Shown one piece after another: positions 59,130-64,000 of a stretch of 64,000 bases of DNA (the stretch's first letter is position 1; each line of letters begins with the position of its first letter). Made by a program: the position numbers and the translations under genes. The notes beneath the pieces were generated by a model. The model was not told the origin of the DNA, did not search any database, and was given only the letters and a program-made list of their open reading frames with translations. Source of the stretch: an uncultured Bacteroides sp. (GTDB lineage Bacteria > Bacteroidota > Bacteroidia > Bacteroidales > Bacteroidaceae); assembly GCA_900552075.1 (NCBI GenBank), contig URYL01000011.1, forward strand, positions 22,664 to 86,663. Direction: 5' to 3'.

Positions 59130-60206
59130 ATGTTTGAAAAAGGAAACAGAGCCAATACCTTACACGGTATTCTTTTGATTGCACTATTCTCTTTTGCGGC
59201 CTTTTATATCGCCGAAATCCCCTTCGTCAAAAGCCTCTCGTTCAGTCCGCTGATTGTCGGTATCATTTTGGGTATGCTGTATGCCAACAGCCTGCGCAAC
59301 AAACTTCCTGAAACATGGGTACCCGGCATCAAATTCTGTACGAAGCAGATTCTGCGGGCTGGTATCGTACTCTACGGATTTCGTCTGACACTGACACAGG
59401 TTGCAGCCGTAGGACTTCCAGCTGTCATTGTAGATACTGTCATCGTAGCAGGAACTATCTTCCTGGGTGTATGGCTGGGAAAAATGATGAAAATGGACAA
59501 AGACACCTCTCTCATGACAGCTACCGGTAGCGCCATTTGTGGAGCAGCTGCCGTATTGGGTGCGGAACCGGTCGTAAAATGTGAAGGACATAAAACGGCC
59601 ATTGCCGTATCCACCGTCGTCATCTTCGGAACCATCTCCATGTTCCTCTATCCCATCATGTACCGTGCCGGATTGCTGGATGCACTGGGCAATACAGGAG
59701 TAGCCATCTACACCGGAAGTACCCTGCATGAAGTAGCCCACGTGGCAGGGGCCGGAAATGCCATGGACCCGACCGACACATTGGGAATCGCCGGAACGGC
59801 CACCATTACAAAAATGATCCGCGTGATGATGCTGGCTCCGGTATTGGTCATCATGAGCTTCGCCTTGGCAGGTAGAAAGAAAACCAATGCAGAAGGAAAA
59901 GCCGAAAAGAGCAAGATTACCATTCCTTGGTTTGCCTTCGGATTCATCGGTATCATCTGTGTGAACTCCCTGCTGCAATACCTGACAGGTGCTGAAACAG
60001 TGAAGGATATTCCATTAAACGGTGCCATTGAATACATCGATACCTTCATGCTGACCATGGCCATGACAGCACTAGGTACAGATACCAGCCTGGAAAAATT
60101 CAAACAAGCCGGAGCAAAACCGTTCCTGCTGGCAGGATTGCTCTACATCTGGTTGCTGGTAGGCGGATACTTGCTCACACAATACATCACTCCGATGTTT
60201 GCATAA
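59130..60206 (+). CDS. YeiH / putative sulfate exporter family membrane protein
   Basis: LRAGIVLYGF, GSAICGAAAV, G-TLHEVAHV, KMIRVMML, AMTALG. Confidence 0.9.
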   Translation: MFEKGNRANTLHGILLIALFSFAAFYIAEIPFVKSLSFSPLIVGIILGMLYANSLRNKLPETWVPGIKFCTKQILRAGIVLYGFRLTLTQVAAVGLPAVIVDTVIVAGTIFLGVWLGKMMKMDKDTSLMTATGSAICGAAAVLGAEPVVKCEGHKTAIAVSTVVIFGTISMFLYPIMYRAGLLDALGNTGVAIYTGSTLHEVAHVAGAGNAMDPTDTLGIAGTATITKMIRVMMLAPVLVIMSFALAGRKKTNAEGKAEKSKITIPWFAFGFIGIICVNSLLQYLTGAETVKDIPLNGAIEYIDTFMLTMAMTALGTDTSLEKFKQAGAKPFLLAGLLYIWLLVGGYLLTQYITPMFA

Positions 60207-60220
60207 AAAACTTACTCATA

Positions 60221-60281
60221 TAATTACATAAAAGGAATGGAGGCAGCCTTTCGGGCTGCCTCCATTCCTTTTATGTAATTA
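60221..60281. terminator. 28-bp perfect inverted repeat, bidirectional terminator
   Basis: TAATTACATAAAAGGAATGGAGGCAGCC, loop TTTCG, then the exact reverse complement. Confidence 0.8.
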
Positions 60282-60286
60282 CACAT

Positions 60287-61132
60287 TCATTTATTGCGGT
60301 ATTGCTTAGGCGACATACCTGTGTAACGCTTAAAATACTTCCCAAAGAAAGAAATATCTGAAAAGTTCAACGAATAAGCAATTTCCTGCACCGTCATATC
60401 AGTAGAACGCAGCTTTGCCTGTGCATCCCGTATGATAAAGGAAGAAAGAATATCTGTCAGTGTTTTCCCTGTCACTTTCTTCACCGTCGTACTCAAATGT
60501 TGAGGAGACAGATGCAATTTCTCAGCATAAAAAGACACATTGCGTTCTGTCTTGTAATACTGCACAACAATTCGTACCAGTTCCTTCACAATCTCCTGGT
60601 TACGATTATACCTCGGTGAATCATCCTCTCCTCTCTTCTTATATACCCCGCCCAATGCCAGCAGAAGCTGCGTATAAATCAGACCAATCTGCATATCCGT
60701 CATTTCCTCTTGTATTTTCTGACGACGAATCAACAGACGAATACTGTCACGGAACAGTTCAAATTTCTCTTTTTGCATTTCTATTACCGGGCGTTCAAAT
60801 ATATAAGGAGTATATTCCACCGTATAAGAAAACAATTTAGCGCCTTCTATCAGTTTCTTGGAAAAAGCCACAAATATGAACCGGCAATCCATGCTTTGTT
60901 CTTCAATTTGGAAAAATACACCCGGAAACAAAATGGCCAGCGCTCCTTCCTTCATTTCATAATGTGTCAAGTGAATCTTCACACGACAATTTCCCCTCAG
61001 ACACAAAAGGAAAAGGCATCCCGGAAATGGAGCAGAAACCTGAAACAACTGTCTGAAGCCGCCCGTCATGTCTATACCTGCTATCATATTCTGATTTTCA
61101 GGCAACAAATCAAGCTTTTCCAATTTTTTCAT
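60287..61132 (-). CDS. AraC family transcriptional regulator
   Basis: VSFYAEKLHLSPQHL, IAYSLNFSDISFFGKYFKRYTGMSPKQYR; same subfamily as 2176-3021. Confidence 0.9.
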   Translation of the reverse strand: MKKLEKLDLLPENQNMIAGIDMTGGFRQLFQVSAPFPGCLFLLCLRGNCRVKIHLTHYEMKEGALAILFPGVFFQIEEQSMDCRFIFVAFSKKLIEGAKLFSYTVEYTPYIFERPVIEMQKEKFELFRDSIRLLIRRQKIQEEMTDMQIGLIYTQLLLALGGVYKKRGEDDSPRYNRNQEIVKELVRIVVQYYKTERNVSFYAEKLHLSPQHLSTTVKKVTGKTLTDILSSFIIRDAQAKLRSTDMTVQEIAYSLNFSDISFFGKYFKRYTGMSPKQYRNK

Positions 61133-61221
61133 TCTATTACTCTTTTATTCAAGGCAAATATAGAGGTTCTCCCAATAGATTCCAACACAAAGGGGCACAC
61201 AATGAGTTAAAAAGAGAAAAG

Positions 61222-61246
61222 AAAAGCCGGATATGCTCCGGCTTTT
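61222..61246 (-). terminator. Terminator of the HdeD-like gene
   Basis: AAAAGCCGGA / TCCGGCTTTT. Confidence 0.7.
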
Positions 61247-61247
61247 A

Positions 61248-61817
61248 TTAATCCTTTATTTCTTCAATGGGCACCACATCTTCTATTTCGTTCTTTTTCC
61301 TACGGAAACGTATCAACCGGAAAAAATCCATCAAAGCATATACAATAGACGATACCCCCAACAAAATAAACGGAATTTCTGCGGTTTCAAATGGATTAAA
61401 CAGAACCGTAATGCCCGCAGCCAAGACCAACACCGGCACCACATATACACCAAACGGCACCGGCATGAATGAACGGGCTGCAATCAGACTGGCCAGCTGA
61501 CTGATTCCTCCCAGCACCAACAATACACCGAGCACATACATCAGTACGCCCACAAAAAAAGAAGGCATGATAATGAGCCATATTCCCAAAAGGGCACTCC
61601 CCAAGGCCACAATCGGGAATACCGGACGGGGAGACTCTGCCCGTCTCCGATTTAACATGGCCAGATAGGTGAGCAATCCCACTAAACCAGGAATCAGAAA
61701 CAACACACCAATGGTAATTACCAGGTAATTTACCGCCACATCGGGCCATGTCACCAGCAGGATTCCGAGAATCAATGCACAAAGTGAACCTACCAATGCA
61801 TAATTCAAAGATTTCAT
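61248..61817 (-). CDS. HdeD/DUF308 family membrane protein
   Basis: Six TMs with repeated LG-LL--P and G-LL-LGG patterns. Confidence 0.75.
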   Translation of the reverse strand: MKSLNYALVGSLCALILGILLVTWPDVAVNYLVITIGVLFLIPGLVGLLTYLAMLNRRRAESPRPVFPIVALGSALLGIWLIIMPSFFVGVLMYVLGVLLVLGGISQLASLIAARSFMPVPFGVYVVPVLVLAAGITVLFNPFETAEIPFILLGVSSIVYALMDFFRLIRFRRKKNEIEDVVPIEEIKD

Positions 61818-62160
61818 ACTTTCATCTGTTTAAAATTCATTACTCAAAGGTAGTGAAAAAGTATCAAATTACAAAAAGTTCTGATAAAAGAATGGTTCAT
61901 TGATATTTTGGGATGACTATATCTACTTTGGCAATATACAAATCATACCACCACACTCACCCGACAAAAAACAGGCCATCTTCACTTACTTCGTTTCTAC
62001 AAGCCCTATAAACAGAATCAGATACCCCACTCGTCGTTTTTTGTAAAATCAACAAAAAGATACTTTTTTTTACAATAAACCGTGCTTTTGAAATGATAAA
62101 TTACTACCTTTGCCTCACCAAAAAAATATTTTTTATCTTTATTATCAAAATTATCTATTT

Positions 62161-62838
62161 ATGAAAAAACTTATATTACTATGTATCGGCTTGGTCATGC
62201 TGTCTATCTCATCAGCCTTCGCACAAGACAAAACTGCTAAAGAAATCATGGAAGAAAGAAAAGAAATAGCAAAACTTTCAAAGAAGGCCTTAAACGAAAA
62301 AGCAACAAAAGACGCTCGTAAAGAAGCCAAAAGATTAAAGAAACAAGGATGGCAGATTGCTCCAGGGGCACTTCCACTCGAAAAACAATTGGACAAATCA
62401 TACCTCATGCAATATGAATATGATGAAAACGGATACCAGAAATTCTTGATGGGGGAAGCAATCAGTACAGGGGAAAATTATGATGGAGCTAAAATGCAGG
62501 CTTTGGAACTGGCCAAACAGAACTTGGCTGCACAAGTGCAAACAGAGATGACCGCTCTTGTAGAAAATCAGGTAGCCAACTCTCAATTGTCGGCTGAAGA
62601 TGCCTCTTCTGTTACCAAGAGTATCATGGCAAGCAAGAACCTCATTTCACAAAGCATTGGCCGTACAATCATTGTAATGGAAGTATATCGTACTTTAAGC
62701 AATAAAAACAAGGAAGTACTGATCAGAATCGCCTACAATAGTGAAATGGCAAAAGAAGTAGCCAAGAATGCAATCAGAAAATCACTTGAAGAAGAAAGCA
62801 GCAGTCTAAGCGATGAACTGGACAAACTTTTAAAGTGA
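62161..62838 (+). CDS. Secreted hypothetical protein (LPP20-like helical motif)
   Basis: Signal peptide ending AFA; AKMQALELAKQNLAAQVQ motif; TACCTTTG box at 62105-62112. Confidence 0.65.
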   Translation: MKKLILLCIGLVMLSISSAFAQDKTAKEIMEERKEIAKLSKKALNEKATKDARKEAKRLKKQGWQIAPGALPLEKQLDKSYLMQYEYDENGYQKFLMGEAISTGENYDGAKMQALELAKQNLAAQVQTEMTALVENQVANSQLSAEDASSVTKSIMASKNLISQSIGRTIIVMEVYRTLSNKNKEVLIRIAYNSEMAKEVAKNAIRKSLEEESSSLSDELDKLLK

Positions 62839-62869
62839 GAAAGATAAGGCAATTCATAAAACTTCTTAC

Positions 62870-63748
62870 ATGAATCGGACAACCGCTAAAAGGATTATTT
62901 CCTTTATGATACTTTGCATTCTACCGCTTACCTTCTATGCCCAAAAAACAAAGAAGGTATGCGGTGAATATATTTACTATGTACCTACTAACAAGTCACT
63001 TGAACAGGCAAAAGCCATTGCTCTAGACCGAGCTAAAATCAAAGCATTGGCAGATGAATTCGGAACCATTGTCAGCCAGACTAACTCCACCGTCATTACC
63101 AACGAAAACGGAAAAACGGACAACCGTTTTTTCTCGTTAAGCGGCAGTGAGGTAAAAGGTGAATGGATTGAGAATGAGGGAGAGCCGCAATATGAGATTT
63201 CATATGAGCAGAATATGCTGACCGTGAAATGTTCAGTATGTGGTAAAGCACGAGAAATCAAAAATTCATCGGTCAATTTTAAAGCTATGATATTACGGAA
63301 TGGAACCACTGAACGATTCAACAGCAGTGAATTCCATGACAATGACTTCATGTACCTTCTGTTCCAAGCTCCTGTAGATGGATATGTAGCCGCTTATCTG
63401 ATTGATGAGACACCTACAGCTTATTGCCTCCTGCCTTATCAGAACGACAGTGATGGACAGCAAGCCGTAAAACATGGACAAGAATACATCTTTTTCTCAC
63501 CGGAAAAGGCACTTGAGGAAGTAAATCTTGTAGAACAGTACTCCTTAACTTGTGCGGGAACAGCTGAACAAAATCAAATCTACGTGATTTTCTCACCTAA
63601 TCCGTTTATTAAGGCTACTGACAATATCAACGGAAAGTATATGCCGAGGCAACTGAATTATAAGGAATTTACGGAATGGCTATCCAACTGTAGGAAATTA
63701 GACCAGCAAATGAGTATCAAGATATTACATATGGAAATACGTCCCTAA
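62870..63748 (+). CDS. Secreted DUF4384-like domain protein
   Basis: Signal peptide; EQAK--ALDRAK-KAL N-terminal domain; F-DND-MYL-FQAPVDGYVA-YL-DE....CLLP motif. Confidence 0.65.
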   Translation: MNRTTAKRIISFMILCILPLTFYAQKTKKVCGEYIYYVPTNKSLEQAKAIALDRAKIKALADEFGTIVSQTNSTVITNENGKTDNRFFSLSGSEVKGEWIENEGEPQYEISYEQNMLTVKCSVCGKAREIKNSSVNFKAMILRNGTTERFNSSEFHDNDFMYLLFQAPVDGYVAAYLIDETPTAYCLLPYQNDSDGQQAVKHGQEYIFFSPEKALEEVNLVEQYSLTCAGTAEQNQIYVIFSPNPFIKATDNINGKYMPRQLNYKEFTEWLSNCRKLDQQMSIKILHMEIRP

Positions 63749-63766
63749 TAATCAACATTTCAAATC

Positions 63767-64000
63767 ATGAAACGATTTCTTATCCTATCCATGGGATGTG
63801 TGTTTGTTTCCTCTATATGCGCACAAAGCCGTAGCCCTGAAGAAATATTCAAACAATTCAAACAACAGCAGATAGAGAGCTACAAAGATTTTCGCAAAGA
63901 AGCAAACCAAAAATACATAGAATTTATGAGGGGAAAATGGGATTGGTTTGGCTCAGAAAATTCTATCAAGGACATAGAAAACGATATCAAACCAATGCCG
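63767..64000 (+). CDS. Secreted hypothetical protein (3' partial)
   Basis: Open from ATG 63767 to the window end (78 codons): MKRFLILSMGCVFVSSICAQ...YKDFRKEANQKYIEFM. Absent from the ORF track because it has no stop in the window. Confidence 0.7.
   Translation, partial: MKRFLILSMGCVFVSSICAQSRSPEEIFKQFKQQQIESYKDFRKEANQKYIEFMRGKWDWFGSENSIKDIENDIKPMP

Overview
Chromosomal window from a Bacteroidales gut bacterium, most likely Bacteroidaceae (Phocaeicola/Bacteroides-like). That assignment is inferred from the SusC/SusD pair, TAnnTTTG promoter boxes and gene order. It is mostly core genome: gdhA, folD, amidase-MlaD-dnaA, class II ribonucleotide reductase, folB, mnmA, dcp, recF-DUF721, ribH, gcvT, pepT, purF, mntP, apbE and truA. 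RNA genes are three tandemly duplicated tRNA loci (His x2, Tyr-Gly x2, Thr x2) and SRP RNA. Accessory parts are a minimal PUL (kinase-less HTCS-like sensor, GH31, SusC, SusD), a bile-salt-hydrolase-family gene lying inverted between a DNA-repair radical SAM gene and its DUF4130 partner, and the start of an AT-richer cluster of secreted proteins at the right edge. I see no CRISPR array, integrase, transposase or prophage. The best candidates for undescribed biology are: (1) four intergenic arrays of short palindromes from three unrelated sequence families, all with a 21-22 bp period; (2) a dual-receiver/ATP-grasp dikinase-like protein divergent from gdhA; (3) the split radical SAM/DUF4130 module; (4) a PurF lacking its catalytic Cys1, with a candidate sRNA next to it. 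All family calls come from motif recognition by eye; no searches were run.
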